A stretch of 64,000 bases of DNA from Azolla caroliniana (GCA_043228905.1 JBHGNT010000014.1:16678001-16742000); one strand, 5' to 3'. Positions 1 to 14,023 are shown, numbered from the stretch's first letter. Translations and numbers: made by a program. The notes: a model not told the origin generated them from the sequence alone.

Positions 1-144
1 GTTACAATCGGTGCGCTTAGGCAACTGACATCCGAATCGGTTCGGATCCGGATCAGTACAACTGTACCGAATCCGTCCCTCCGAATAATAATTCTAATCT
101 TACTTCCTATTATCCGATCCGCCTTCCCACTTGTCCTTGCTCTT

Positions 145-2863
145 TTGACCGGCCAACACTCTACTGCCCTACGCCGATGGCTCGTAGAGAAATGCCTGGA
201 TGGCTACATCCGGGTTGCAGAAGCACCTATGCACCCGGACGCCATGAACATCGCCAGGAAGCTTAACATAGACATGGTCACCAACTCTTCCATTCGGAAG
301 AAGTTGGACCTATCCTCACTAGGTGAAAGACATTTCGAAATACCTCCTACAGAGGCGCTGCAACGGTATTTTGGACCATATTCATCCTCCGCCAAGACCT
401 ATAGAACAAAAAAAATTCCGGATCCCTTCTTCCGTGAAGTTGCCAAGTTCCTACTGGAAGTCGGTTGCGTCCATGTCAACGCATACGGGATGCCTAAGCA
501 GAAGGCGGGCATCATTATCGACACCTTTGAAGGGCGTGCAGTCAACTGGGGGGTAATCACAAGGTCGGCGTTACGAGAAGGCTTGCATGCGTACCAAGCA
601 GGCAAAAAGCTCAGGCCAATCATCCAACAATACCTTACAGTACTGTTTCCACCCCGAGGCCTGCCAGCACCGCAGCCCAGCCAACCCACGGCCCCGCCCC
701 GATCTGCGAAATGCAGGTTAGCGGAGTTAGCGGCCCTAGAGTGGGAGGAGGAACCCCAACCGGCCCAGCCAGACCCAAGGACAACACCTCCTACCGACCA
801 GCCGGACACACGGGCGACGCAGGAGGAACAACCGAGACGCCCCATGGAAGCAGCCCCAGGACCAGACACCGAAACACGGTGGGAAAGCCCTAGACCAAAA
901 CGGCGCAGATTGGATAGGAAAGATGGGCAGGGGTTGGTAAAAGACGCCCCCACGGCTTTAGAGGCACCGACCGAAGGCTCAAGCTCCGCAGCAGCAGAAC
1001 CAAATGCCACCGTCGAAATCATCCGGGAGCAATGGCCGATTATTACGACTCAGTCCCAACGAGGGAAAGCCGTATTGATGGCAGAAAGCGAGGTTTTGGC
1101 ATATCCGGATATCCCGGATACGGCCCACGAATTCAGCGCCCTCTTGCAGTTCGGTACCTCTTTTGAGCTCATGGAGTTCCTAGCAACACAACAGGTCAAA
1201 GCCGCCCAACGAATGGCCGAGGAGCATGCGGAACGTCAGATGATCGAGCGCGCCCTAACACAAACAACGGAGAGCGATGATGAGGATCGGCTAGCCAGGG
1301 TCGGCAGACAGAGGAACGTCGGGGTACGACGAGTAGGGATGGAGATACCACCCTTAAACACGGCCCTAGTCGAAGTCCATCGGGAACTGGCAAAGGTCAG
1401 CACGGGCGCCAAGGAGATGGCCATAAAAAATAAGAGTGTCTGGAAGAAGGTTAAACTGACTGAAGCCGAACTACAAAAGGCCAACGCACGCATCACGGAG
1501 TTGGAAGCTCACGCGACTACGGCGCAACACGCAACCCTGCCACCGAACCACGTCATCGACGCTCTAAAAGAAGAAATCGAGGCTCAAACCGCCATCTCCT
1601 CAAAAGCAAAAAGGGTTGTGCAGCTAGTGGAATCCGAAATTGACCGTCTTCGAGCAGAACTACGCCAATCCTCCGATAGAGAAAAGGAGATACGGAGGTA
1701 GCTCAGCATGTCCGGACAAAAGACGACTACGCCCAATTACGAGAGGACGCGAAGAAATTAGAGGCGGCAATAGCGGGACTTCGGGCCTTATTAGAAAAAA
1801 GAAGGTATGGTTCGATGAGCAGTTGGTGGTCGAACAAGACAGAAGGCATCAACTCGAAATCCGCCTACACAATGAAATGGGAAAATTAGAAGAACATCAT
1901 GCAAAGGAATCCCAGCTATGGGAGGGCCTGAAGGCCACGTATGAGGAAGCGACAACCGTTAAACAGCAGGAAATCGCAAATCTCCAGAAGTCGATGGAAG
2001 ACGCACGTAACCGCTGCCAGGCCATCACGGATAACGTGCGCATCCTTCTCCAAACAAACCGGGAAAGGTTCATAGCGCAATTGAAAACGGCGCTGGACAA
2101 AGGATGGATGGCGTGGGCAACCCAAGCAGCGGAATTGCACGCGTATCGTGCGGACTGGGAGAACCGGCGGAAAGACGACCGAGGGTTTTATAAGCTAAAC
2201 GAGGAGAGCATTGCGGCCATATGGGAGGACCTAGCGCAAGACTATCGTGCGCTAGTAGACCAACACTCCAAAGAACTCGCACAACTCTTAGATGATTTTG
2301 GTGAAAGTCAGGAGGAGCTATTTCACCAAATCACACAAGCCGGCAACATGCGCACAAACGAGGAACCCAGCATGACACCAATTCCGGTCACACCCGAAGA
2401 AGAGGAACCTCAGGCCCGATCACCAGAGATGACAACGGAGGAGAGTAGCGGGGACCAACGAGCGGAGTTCCCCACAGGACCAGATAGCGAAACCATTACC
2501 CAACAAGAGGTCCAGCCGCACCAGCCCACACCATCTTCAGAACACGCGGAAAATAGTGAGGACCAGGCGGAATCCCCGCCCCACACCCAGGGACACACAA
2601 AAACGGCCAACACCGCGAAGGACGTAACAATAGAGGCTGAGTTGCAGCCGACTGCAAGCACGCCAATGGCGGAACCCAGCCCACTAACTCAAGAAGAGCC
2701 CACTGTACCAGGACCACCCGCACACGACGAAGGCGACTTCGGGAGAAACAAGGCTGACCAAGCAGAGGAGCCGCACCACGATGCACCTACGGGCCCTACA
2801 TCAACTCCGGACGAGGACACCACAATAGAGCCGAACATCCGGGCCATTTTGGAAGAAGATTAA
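145..2863 (+). pseudogene. Disrupted retroelement extra ORF (ORF2): conserved N-terminal domain, low-complexity linker, coiled coil, acidic tail
   Basis: ORFs 145-1701 and 1640-2863 (stop plus frame change near 1700) align in order with 48926-51555, e.g. WATQAAELHAYRADWENRRK vs WATNAAELQLLRADVENRRK. Confidence 0.8.
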
Positions 2864-2910
2864 CGGGATGGGTACGACGTGCAAAGGCACTGTCCCACAG
2901 GCCTGCCAAG

Positions 2911-3348
2911 TGTTGTCCGCCGGAATAGTAACCGACGGCCAAAAGCGTAGGAATAAGAAACTATATAAGAGCATAACGCATGTAACGGTTCACGCAGGAA
3001 GCGTGAACGGCTAATTAGACCCTGCATATATAAATGGCAGAAAACCTCTTATGGAGGTGCGTGTAATTTTTGAAATGTAAAGAACGCCTGATAATAGAAT
3101 TCTATCTTCTCTAAGTTTCTGTGTATAATTGCGGCTAATTCAGTGGCGGTGTCTCGGATACTTAAGCGTAGTAGTACGTAAGTGTAACCTGTGATAGGGA
3201 TTCGGTTGTAGCCGTCTTCCCTTATACACGGAGGAATTACAGAGGTTCTCCCCTTACGCATTACGCTTAAACCCTGTTCATTGTTCCACACCCAGCTTGG
3301 GGTCTAGGTCGAAGGACTGACCACGGACCGTGTTCCTAAAAGGCAACA
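2911..3348 (+). repeat. 3' LTR (438 bp)
   Basis: TGTTG...CAACA inverted termini, TATATAAA box near 3027, position equivalent to the LTR at 51656. Confidence 0.75.
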
Positions 3349-4539
3349 CCACTCCGAGTAGTGGCAAAGAAAGAAGAAAAGGGGAAACTACTGGCGGCAT
3401 TTCACGAGAGCCCCTGGGCCGGACACTGCGGAACGTGGGCCACGTTCGAGAAGCTGAAGGAGACGTAATGGTGGTTGGGGTTGTACCAGGACGTGCATCG
3501 GTTCATAACGACTTGCGAAAGCTATCAGATGCACTCCGTAGTCCGACACCGGGACGAGCTACACCCGACCTACCCGCCTACGGTCCATTTCAAGTGGATG
3601 GTGAACTTGGTGATGATGCCAATGGGGGTAGGACAGATGTGATACCTGGTGCTTGCACGGGAAGACTTAACGAACCAGGTGGGAGGCCGTGCACTGCAAA
3701 GCAAGACAACCGCGGCGGTATGCCGGTTCCTGATTGAAGAAGTAGTGTGTCGGTACGGGTGCGTCAGGAGGATTGTGGCGGACCGAGGAGAGCTGGATGC
3801 GCGAGAAGCTGAGGAGCTGTTCGACCGGCTAGGCGTCAAACTCTCCCTCACTACGGCGTACAATCCGGAGGTGAACGGAAAGGTGGAACGTGGGCACGGG
3901 CCGATCGTAAAGGCATTGGTGCGTGCATGCGGAGGGAAGGTCGGGAATTGGCTGCGACTTCTTCCTTACGCAGTATGGGCGGACCGAAGTACGCACAGTT
4001 CGGTGACAGGGTTTATGCCGGCAGAGTTGATGTACGGACAGAAGCCGATCATGGCGGTGGAACGGACAGTTTCTTCATGGGTGGCGGTAGATTGGAAGGA
4101 CGAAATGAGCCGGGAGGAGTTGCTGGCAGCGCGGATTCGGCAACTCGAGCGGAGGCCGGAGGATGTGATACAGGCGAAGGAAAAGCTGCGAGCGGCAAGG
4201 GAGCGGAACAAGACCCGGTTCAACCGGACGCACCGGTTGCGACCAAAGAAGATCGAGGAAGGCGACTGGGTCTTGGTATACGACAGCAGCCTCGACAATC
4301 AGCACAAGGCGATGCGAAAGTTTGTTAGGAGATGGTTCGGGCCCTACACGATGATGAACGCGAACGACAACGGCAAGTACCACCTCGCGGAACTCGACGG
4401 TGCACGGTTAGCGGTGCCGGTGGCCGGGAAGCGGATCAAAGAGTTCAAGAAGCGGTTCAAAGACGAGCCGGAGCCGGCGAGCGAGAGTAACGACGACGAT
4501 CAGTTTGGGTCCGGCGGAGAATCAGAGAACGACGAGTGA
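3349..4539 (+). pseudogene. Gypsy integrase, degenerate; core and C-terminus open at 3649-4539
   Basis: HHCC region broken by stops; catalytic core and GPY motif in ORF 3649-4539. Confidence 0.85.
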
Positions 4540-5273
4540 AGCCGGTTTCCTTTGGTGTCTACCTGTCTCTGGCGCATGCCGGTGGATGCGCGGTTTGGTG
4601 GGGGTGGATGTAGTGAAGCAAACCGGCCATAGGCGGAATCGAAGAAAAAGGCACATGAACCGGCTCTTACACAGGTGGACGCGAGGATTGATATATTGTA
4701 CATTAGGGCGACTGGTGTAAATACTAGGTAGTGCACATTTATTAAGGGATTTTGTGCATATCTCTGTCGACAGGGACAGGGAATAAAGCAGTTTGGGTGA
4801 GGAAAAGGGGCACCCCTTTGGGGGAACTATTTAAGGAGGGAGAGAAGGAAGGAACACGGATCGCGGGCTAGGGAGGACGAAATGCTAGTGCAGATCTGAG
4901 GGCCGAGCTCTCTCTTCTCCTCCTCCGGCCGTCGGTCTCTGTGGGTCGGGAGCTCGCTTCCTCTGCTTCGTGGACAGCCCGTGTGCTTCCAGCAGAGTCT
5001 CTCCCCCTTTGTTTTGTTTCTAGGAGTCGAGCGAGTGGTGTCTGTGTGTGTGAGTAGAATCCCCGGGTCAGGTCCATCGCCGCCTTCTCGGTTGTAACTG
5101 TCAGAGTCGTATTCTCTTGTTATTGTAATCTCTTGTTATTGAAATCAAGTATTACGTTCTATATCTCTCCTTCTCGCTCAGCGTATCTACAAATCTCTCT
5201 CTCTCTCTCGCTCCTTGGTTCAAGACCCCCGTGGTCCCGCCCCTTCTACACGCACGCGCATAACAACGTGACA
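3349..5273 (+). mobile_element. 3' part of a tRNA-Trp-family Ty3/Gypsy element (integrase, PPT, 3' LTR 4609-5273)
   Basis: Integrase motifs (KWMV, ADRGEL...NGKVERGH, WFGPY); hairpin plus G-rich PPT at 4572-4608; LTR TG...CA with the family U5 motif CAAGACCCCCGTGGTCCCGCC. Confidence 0.9.
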
Positions 5274-6919
5274 ACGTGACAAAGGTGCTTTAGCGGTTCA
5301 ACATGTTAGAAGCGAAACCGGTCGGATCGACACTCCCGACAAACTACAGACTATCCGGTAAGCAAAGCCCGAAGAAGAAAGCAGAGAAGGCGGATATGAT
5401 GAAGGTTCCATATGCCTCTGCCATCGGGACCTTAATGTACGCAATGGTGTGTACTTGACCGGATATTGGATACGTAGTCGGAGTGGCGAGCCTATTTATG
5501 AGCAATCCCGGCAAGGAGCACTGGAACGCAGTAAAATGGACACTCTCGGCAAACTGCAGACTATTCGGTAAGCAAAGCCCGAAGACGAAAGCAGAGAAGG
5601 CGGATATGATGAAGGTTCCATATGCCTCTGCCGTCGGGAGCTTAATGTACGCAATGGTGTGTACTCGACCGGATATTGGATACGCAGTTGGAGTGGCGAG
5701 CCTATTTATGAGCAATCCCGGCAAGGAGCACTGGAACGCGGTCAAATGGATACTCCGGTACTTGAAGGGCACTTCGAATATGTGCCTCCAATTCGGCTCT
5801 GGTAAGCCTCAACTTGACAGTTTTACCGATTTGGATATGTCGGCTGATGTGGATACCAGCCGGTCTACATCCGGGTATGTAATGACATATGCAGGGGGAG
5901 CTGTTTCGTGGCAGTCGAGGCTACAGAAGACAGTTGCATTGTCAACCACGGAGACGGAGTACATGGCATCTGTGGAAGCCGGAAAGGAAATACTATGGAT
6001 GAAGGACTTCATCGGAGAGCTCGGTATCCGGCAAGATGAATACCGGCTCTATTGCGACAGTCAAAGTGCCATCCACCTTGCTAAGAACGCAGCGTACCAT
6101 TCCACGACGAAGCACATCCAGTGTAGGTATCACTGGATACGAGAGCGAGTAGAAGATCAAGAGCTCGTGCTGACGAAGATCCACATGGCCGAGAACAGGT
6201 TAGATATGCTGACCAAAGTACTGATACCCGACAAGCTGGATGCATGTCGGAAGCGGATCGGACTAGTAAGACATCCCATGCCGGAGTGAAGGGGGAGTTT
6301 GTTAGGACACAGGTCCCTCCGGATGAGAAGTGAGAAGAAGAGTGTTGATGAGCAACGGAAGACCCGGTGAGAACCATATGAGGAGTACCCGGCAACGGAA
6401 GACCCGGTGAGAACCGGATGTTGTAGGCCTAGTGAAAACCTCTCATCAGATGGAAGGGACATATATATAAATATGTTCCATAGAGCCCACCGGGGCTATA
6501 TTTGTAAATAGCCCAAAAGTCATATTAGTATAAATATGACCTAGGGCAAACTTAATAGATAGATGTGTAGAATTGGTTGTGTTATTATCGTTGTGGCGAT
6601 AATTCAGAGCACAACTGCGTACAGAGAAGAGAGAGAGAGGAAGAGGTTGTTGCCTCTGTTGTAACCGCCTGGTGGCGAAGCGAGGGAGCAAGAGGTCGTT
6701 GCCTCTATGCCCCATTGTTGTAATCTTGATATAGTGATATTTTGCAATCTGAGGGCTGCCGTGGTTTTTCCCTGATTTGGGTTTTCCACGTTAACATCCA
6801 ATGCACTCTCTTCTTTACTATTTCGTGTGTAGATACATCTCACCACATCCCTGTTTTCTGTGATTGATCCGACGTCTCGGTTGTGGCCGAGCATAGCTTA
6901 GGGAACCGTATTCCTATCA
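5274..6919 (+). mobile_element. 3' part of a Ty1/Copia (Tork/Tnt1-like) element: RT end, RNase H, PPT, 3' LTR 6300-6919
   Basis: KVPYASAVGSLMYAMVCTRPDI and YCDSQSAIHLAKN motifs; PPT GAAGGGGGAG; LTR TGTTAG...TATCA. Confidence 0.9.
5331..5750 (+). repeat. 210-bp tandem duplication within Copia RT
   Basis: Two diverged direct copies, 5331-5540 and 5541-5750. Confidence 0.9.
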
Positions 6920-9900
6920 AGATGGGCATCCTCGAACCGTCGAGTGCCCCATATTCGAATCGGTGGTTTACCGTGCTAAAGAAGAACGACACACTACGCT
7001 TCATACAGGACCTGCAGCCGGTCAACAAGATGACCATTCGAAACACAAGTATCGTATTGACCATCGATGAGTTCGCGGAGGCCTTTGCAGGGAGGTCAAT
7101 CTACTCGGTCAGGGATCTGTACTCAGGGTACGATCAATTCCAACTAGCTGTAGAGAGTAGGGATGTCACGACGATGCGGACTCCTCTCGGCCTAGTTCGA
7201 ATGTGTACCCTGTCGCAAGGAGCAACGAACTCGGTGGTGCACATGGTGAATGCGATGAACAAGGTGTTGAGGGTCTGCATCCCGGACATCACCATGCTGT
7301 TTCTGGATGACATACCAATCAAAGGATGTCCGGTGGAGGACAAGGATGAGTCTGTCAGGCCCGACGGTCGCCGGAGGTTCGTGACGGATCACATCCGTGA
7401 CTGCGAGAAGGTGCTACAAAGACTCGAGAGCGCGCGGCTCACCTTCTCCCGAGAAAAATCAGCCTTCGGACAGCCGGAGATCCTAGTAGTCGAACACCTG
7501 TGTGGGCCCTATGGCCGGAAACTGTCCCCGGCAAAGGTAGAAGCCATCTCCGCGATGAAGGACGACTGCGGGTTGGTTACGGAGGTCCGTAGATTCTTGG
7601 GGACGTGCGCATTCTACCACATCTGGATTCCGCACTATGCGCATGTCATGGAGCCGCTCTACAGGCTATTGAAGAAAGGGCGTAGGTTCAGTGGAGGACG
7701 GAGCACACGGAGTCGGTCTGAAGGATGAAGGAGGCGCTTGCTGCGGCACCAGCTCTCCGAAAAGCGGTTTACAGCAAGGAGGTCCCGATCTACGTGACCG
7801 TGGACACAAGTCTGACTGGGATCGGGTGGGTGATCAACCAAGAGGATGACGATGGCGTAAGGTTCCCCATCCGGTTCGGCATGAAGGTCTTCAGTGAGCG
7901 ACAGCGAAGTTACACCCAGGTTAAACGCGAACTCTGGGGGTATCGTTTCGGCGGTCAAGGTCGATAAATACTACCTAATCGGGACCGAGGTGATAATCGA
8001 GACGTACTGCCTGCCGATTCTCGGCATGGTTTCTGGATACGCAACGCCAGACCTGGCAATGCTCAAGTGGATAGCGTACATCAAGTCCCTAAATCCGGAA
8101 ATACGACACATTTCCGGAAAGGACAATGCTATGGCCGACATGCTTTCGAGGGCGAGGTTCGATGACGAGGTGGGCATGGTTTCGGAGGACGAGGAAGTCA
8201 GCGTGGACTTCTTCGAGGCTGCTTATGTAACAACGAGAAAGGGGAGCACTCCGGCGCTTAATGAATTCGACGAAAGCAAGTATGACGAGGAGTGGCTCTA
8301 GATCGGCGACTTCCTGAAGGCAATGACATCGGATGCGGCGTGGACGAAGGAAGAGGCCAACCGGATTCGGAAGAAAGCGTATCGATTCTTCCTACGGGAC
8401 GGGAACATATGGAAGCACCCGAAGAAGAGAAACGACATCCCGCTCCGGGTGGTGGCGAGGAAAAAAGAGCAGGAAGAATTGCTGACAGCATACCACAAGA
8501 GTCCCTGGGCCAGACACCGCGGGACGTGGGCCACTTTCGAGAAGCTAAAGGGGAAGTACTGGTGGCCGGGACTATAGTGGGACGTGCATCGGTTCGTGAT
8601 GACTTGCGAAAGTTGTTAGGTGCACTCCATAGTCTGACATCCGGATGAGCTCCACCCGACCTACCCTCCGACCGTCTACTTCAAGTGGATGGTGTATCTG
8701 GTGACGATGTCGATGGGGGTAAGGCAGATGCGGTTCTGGTGTTGGCTCGGTAGGACCTGACAAACCAGGTGGAAGGTCGAGCGTTGCAGAGCAAAAAGAC
8801 CGCGGCCGTGTGCCGATTTCTGATCGAAGAAGTGGTATGTTGGTACTGGTGCGTAGGGAAGATCGTGGCCGACTGTGAGGAATTGGACGTGCAAGAGGCG
8901 GAAGAGCTGTTTGGACAACTAGGAATTAAACTCTCGCTCACCATGGCGTACAATCCGGAGGCCAACGAGAAGGTGGAGCGTAGACACAGGTCGATCGCCA
9001 AAGCGTTAGTACGGGCATGTGGAGGCCAAGTCGGGAACTGGCCGCGGCTCCTACCCTACGCGTTGTGGGCAGACCGAACTATGCATAGTTCGATAACCGG
9101 GTTCATGCCGGCAGAGCTAATGTACGGGCAGAAGCCGATCATGCCAACGGAGCAGACAATCTCCTCGTGGGCCACGGTGGGTTGGAACAACGAGATGAGC
9201 CAGGAGGAGCTGTTAGCAGCACGGATTCGGCAACTGGAGCGAAGACTGGAGGACGTAGACCAAGCCGCGGAGAAGCTACGGGTGGCAAGGGTAAAGAACA
9301 AAGAACGGTTCGACCGGACTCACCGACTAAGACCGAAGAAGATCGAGGAAGGCGATTGGGTTCTAGTGTATGACAGCAACCTCGACAACCAGCACCGGGC
9401 AATCCAGAAGTTTGCAAGGAGGTGGTTCGGGCCTTATGTGGTGACAAGCGCCAACGACAATGGGACCTACCATCTCGTGGAGCTCAACGGGGTAAGGATG
9501 GCGGTACCAGTGGCGGGGCTAAGCGTGGGCCAGTCTTCTCCGGCAAGAGTCTCATTTTGGCGCATACCGATGGATGCGCGGTTAGGTGGGAGCGGATGTC
9601 GTGGAGAAAACCGTCCCTACGCGGAAACCGAGTATAACGTGCGTAAACCGGCCCTTACACGTGGGCACAAGTTTTGTTGTATAATACGTAGGTAGGTACA
9701 AGTCACCTGAGGCGAAATCCTAAGTAGCACGCATTCAGTAGGGAGAGAATCAGGCGTATCCCTGTCCGAAAGGACAGGGAATAAACATGATGTGACAGAT
9801 GGTAATGGCCTCTCTCCTTAGGCTATAAAAGAGAGGGAGAGGTATGGAAATGATATCGCGTTTTAGCAGAGGACGAAGTGCTGCTGGACTGGGATCAAGC

Positions 9901-10280
9901 CCTTCTCCTCTCCTCCATCGCCCCTTTAATTGTTCTGTGCAGGTTTTGGGAGGTTGACTCTGCTCCGCGGGACGCCCGAGTGCTACCGACAGAGTCTCCA
10001 TCTCGCGTTCTATGTGTGTGTGCGCGTGTGTGTGTGCAGGCGACGGAGCCTATCACTCACCGGCTTGCCGGTTGTAGCACCTTGATTTATATATACATAA
10101 GCATTCATTCTGTCTCCATCTCGCGTTCTGTAGTTGGTTGCAATTCCTGTGATTCCGTGGGTCTGAGCGCTTGAGAATTACATAGTCAAGTCCCTTCCCC
10201 TCCCCTCACTCGGCTATTCCTCGGTCCGAGGCCCCCGTGGTCCCACCTCGTTCTCCACGCACGCGCGTAGCAACACGACA
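6920..10280 (+). mobile_element. 3' part of a tRNA-Trp-family Gypsy element: degenerate RT-RNase H-INT and 3' LTR 9597-10280
   Basis: RT (DLYSGYDQ, QGATNS, FLDD), RNase H (VDTS, ADMLSR) and INT motifs with stops and frameshifts; family PPT; LTR TGTCGTG...CACGACA. Confidence 0.92.
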
Positions 10281-13200
10281 TACGGATTGTCTGCCAATCC
10301 TTGGAATGATTTCAAGATGCTCTTCTACAGATATATCCATGCTGAGATGGATTGCCTATATTAAAACATTTAACCCAGAGATCCGACACATTACAGGAAA
10401 AACCAATGTTATGGCTGATATGTTGTCCCGAGCACGGACTATTCTAGAGCCATCTTCTCTGTAGGAAGAGGATGATTTTGATAATGAATTCTTTTGTAAT
10501 GAGATTGGTTTTCAGGTGCCTGAATTTAGAGAGGAGGAATATGAAGGAGAGCTATTGCAAATCGGGAAATTCCTACAAGCACAAGAAGGAAGCCCTGATT
10601 GGACACCAAAGGATTTTTGGCTATTCAGGAAGAAGGCTTATAGGTTTCTCTTGAAGGATGGATATCTTTGGAGACTTACAAAGAAAGTTAAGGATCCTCC
10701 AACTCGAGCTATCGGTTTATAGGTTCAAAAAGATAAGATTATTTCCGATTTTCATGATAGTCATTGGGCGGGACATAAAGGATTTGTCAACACATTTTCG
10801 AAGATTATGGATCAATATTGGTGGAAGGGAATGTATGCAGATATCCAAAGGTATGTGGAATCATGCATTGAATGTCAAATGTATTCTGATTATAGGGTGA
10901 GAGATGAGCTACATCCAACGTACTCACCTATGTTGCATTATAAGTGGATGGTGGATATAGTTCATATGCCCTCTCGTCGAAATCAAATGAAATACTTGGT
11001 TCTTGCTCGAGAGCATTTGTCCAACCAGGTGGAAGGAAAACCTCTCTAAAACAAGTCTGCATCAGCCGTTCTAAAGTTTTTACTAGAGGATGTAACTTGT
11101 AGATATGGCAATGTTGGGCAGATTGTAACAAATCGAGGGGAGCTTGATTCAGATGAGGCTCGAATGTTCTTCCAAAGATTCAGGATCCGATTGACTTTGA
11201 CTACTGCATATAATCCGGAGGGAAATGGTAAAGTGGAAAGGGGCCATGGTCCAATTGTGAAAGTTTTGGTCAAAGCATGTGATGGCCGAATTTCTATGTG
11301 GCCTGGCATGCTTCCTTATGCTCTCTAGGCTTATAGATGCACTCACAACTCTGTTACGGGATTTATGCCATCGAAACTACATTTTGGTTAGAAGCCTATT
11401 ATGCCTACGGAGCGGATGATTCCCACTTGGGGAGTTTTACGTTGGGAAGATCAGATGGAATGTGAATATTTGTTGGCTATTCGAATTTGGCAATTAGAGA
11501 ATAGGCCGGAGGATATAGCTAAAGCTGCCAGGAAACAACAAGAAGTTTAATTGAAGAATAAGGATTGATTTGACAAGAGACATCGAGTTCGGAATATTCC
11601 CATTGAAAAAGGAGATTGGGTTTTGGTGTTTGATAGTAGCCTTGAGCATCAACACAAATCTATTCGAAAATTCTCTCATTGATGGTTTGGGTCGTATCGA
11701 ATGGTAGAAGTCCGACAAAATGGAACATTGAATTCCGATTTCTGGTAAATGAATTAAACTCTTTAAACAAAGAGCCTCTCTTGTTCTTGACATTTTGCAG
11801 GATGAACGATCTGTGGAAGCTAATTCGAATTGGGAAGAAGATGTTGAAGAAGAGGTGGTCCATGACATGGCAACTACAAGTCTCCAATCAGAAGCGGTAA
11901 TGATAGTTTCATCACATGATACTCGTCTAGAAGTGAAAGTAAACAAGAAGTTTGAAGGGGAGAAGATGTCTCTCATGTCGATTCTGGAATTGAATGAAGA
12001 TGATTGGCATGTATCAAATGTTCAAATAAAAGGAAAGAAAACTTTGGTTGAATTTTCTCCACTTGGCACATACTGGAGGATGTGCATGTTAGGAGGGGGT
12101 GCATGTCGTAAAGGGATACGACCGATTGGTACCACCGCGATTCCACACTTGCCTCAACTACAACCACGCATCTCGACTTGGTTCGGTGACCCAACACTCC
12201 TTGGAGATCCACCTGATTCAACTCATTGGAGTTTATTTACATTCTAGTGTCAAAAGTTCTTTGGTATTATTGTTCTTAGGGATTTATTTGCATTATTTTG
12301 GAACAAATGTTGTGTAGTCAAAACCATGTAATGTATTTCATGTGCACCATATAACGCACATGCAAAGTTTCTCTACATGTGTGCCACATGACCCACATGC
12401 TTTATATCGCGCACATGCACATCAAATGTTCAAATAAAAGGAAAGAAGACTTTGGTTGAATTTTCTCCACTTGGCACATACTGGAGGATGTGCATGTTAG
12501 GAGGGGGTGCATGTCGTAAAGGGATACGACCGATTGGTACCACCGCGATTCCACACTTGCCTCAACTACAACCACGCATCTCGACTTGGTTCGGTGACCC
12601 AACACTCCTTGGAGATCCACCTGATTCAACTCATTGGAGTTTATTTACATTCTAGTGTCAAAAGTTCTTTGGTATTATTGTTCTTAGGGATTTATTTGCA
12701 TTATTTTGGAACAAATGTTGTGTAGTCAAAACCATGTAATGTATTTCATGTGCACCATATAACGCACATGCAAAGTTTCTCTACATGTGTGCCACATGAC
12801 CCACATGCTTTATATCGCGCACATGCACAAGCTTCTCTAGATGTGTGCCACGTGGCCTACATGTAATGACATAGATTTAGTATAAGTGGGGAGGATTATT
12901 GTCATGGAGGGGGGGAATAATCAAAGAGTCCTATTCTGTAAAGGGTTTTTCTCTCGAAGAAATAGTGAATTTCCTATTTTGGCATTTCTTCTTCGTCTAC
13001 GTTTGAGTAGTGTTGTATGGTATTTTCCTTATAATTCTTAATTCTGACGTCTGTTTTCAACGTTCTATAGCTCATTGGAAAGCTCTCTAGCAATCAAAGA
13101 GCTTTCCAATCTGTGTTTCCGCACTATATTTGGTTACGTAGGTGGAACGATATAAGGTTTTTTCTTTTCACGGGTAGGGTTGCAAACCACTCGTGACTAT

Positions 13201-13328
13201 TAAAATACTTCCGGCTCGACTTCCCACTCTTCTCTTCCATCTTCTTATTTCCACTCTCCTGGTTCAGAACTCCAGCAGTTCCACCCATACACGCCCAGCT
13301 CTTATACGCAGTGTGCTTTGACATGACA
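10281..13328 (+). mobile_element. 3' part of an AT-rich, heavily decayed relative of the tRNA-Trp Gypsy family (RNase H-INT; LTR from 12104 to about 13328)
   Basis: TDCLPILG, HYKWMVDIV and AYNPEGNGKVERGHGP motifs with many stops; family hairpin/PPT at 12066-12103; the LTR 3' end is approximate. Confidence 0.8.
12013..12828 (+). repeat. 408-bp tandem duplication spanning the PPT and LTR start
   Basis: Near-identical copies 12013-12420 and 12421-12828. Confidence 0.95.
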
Positions 13329-13890
13329 TCGGTGAGGGCCACATGGTTGCTCACGTCCATTCGTGTTCAATTCTCGGTGAGGGCCGCATGGTCGCTCACA
13401 TCCGTTAATGTTCAGTTCTCAGTGAGGGCCGCATGGTCACTCACGTCCGTTCGTGTTCCAGTTCTCGGTGAGGGTTGCATGGTCGCTCATGTCTGTTCGT
13501 GTTTTCGATGAGAACCGCACATGGTCGCTCATGATCCAGTTCCCAATGAGGGCCACACATGGTCGCTCACGTCCATTCGTGTTCCAGTTCTTGGTGAGAG
13601 CCGCATGGTCGCTCACACCCGTTGGTGTTCGTGTTCCAACTCTCGGCGAGGACCGACATGGTCTCTCATGCCCATTGGTGTTCATGTTCCCCGTGAGGAC
13701 CACACATGGTCACTCACGCCCCGTTGGTATTCGTGTTCCAGTTCCCGACGAGGACCGCACATGGTCACTCATGCCTGTTGGTGTTCGTGCTCCCCGTGAG
13801 GACCGCACATGGTCACTTACACCTGTTGGTATTCGTGTTCTAGTCCTGGGCGAGGACCGCACATGGTTCGTCATGCCCATTGTTGTTCAA
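13329..13890 (+). repeat. Minisatellite, about 39-45 bp unit, about 13 degenerate copies, in the 3' UTR of an LTR element
   Basis: Recurring GAGG(G/A)CCGCA(CA)TGGTCGCTCAC...TTCGTGTTCCAGTTCTC unit. Confidence 0.9.
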
Positions 13891-14023
13891 TACCTCGTCT
13901 TCTGGAAGCGTTACTCCTTGTCTAGGATTTACAAAATACTTTGGAGGTCGTTTAAGATTTTCATCAACAGTATCCCCTTAAGCCAAGGACCAGCTTGGCA
14001 AGGCGGCATAAGAGGGGAGATAA

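Larger units (their letters stand above)
1..3348 (+). mobile_element. 3' part of a Ty3/Gypsy element of the extra-ORF lineage (related to 42244-52074); 5' part lies outside the window
   Basis: Extra-ORF homolog followed by the same pre-LTR motif seen at 51615-51655 and an LTR bounded by TGTTG...CAACA; host integrase sequence resumes at 3349. Confidence 0.8.

Noticed and set aside
145-2863. Host myosin-like or coiled-coil gene
   Set aside because: It is intronless, followed by an LTR and homologous to the ORF inside the element at 42244-52074.
13329-13890. CRISPR-like array
   Set aside because: The units are contiguous degenerate repeats with no unique spacers, there are no cas genes, and the context is eukaryotic TE sequence.
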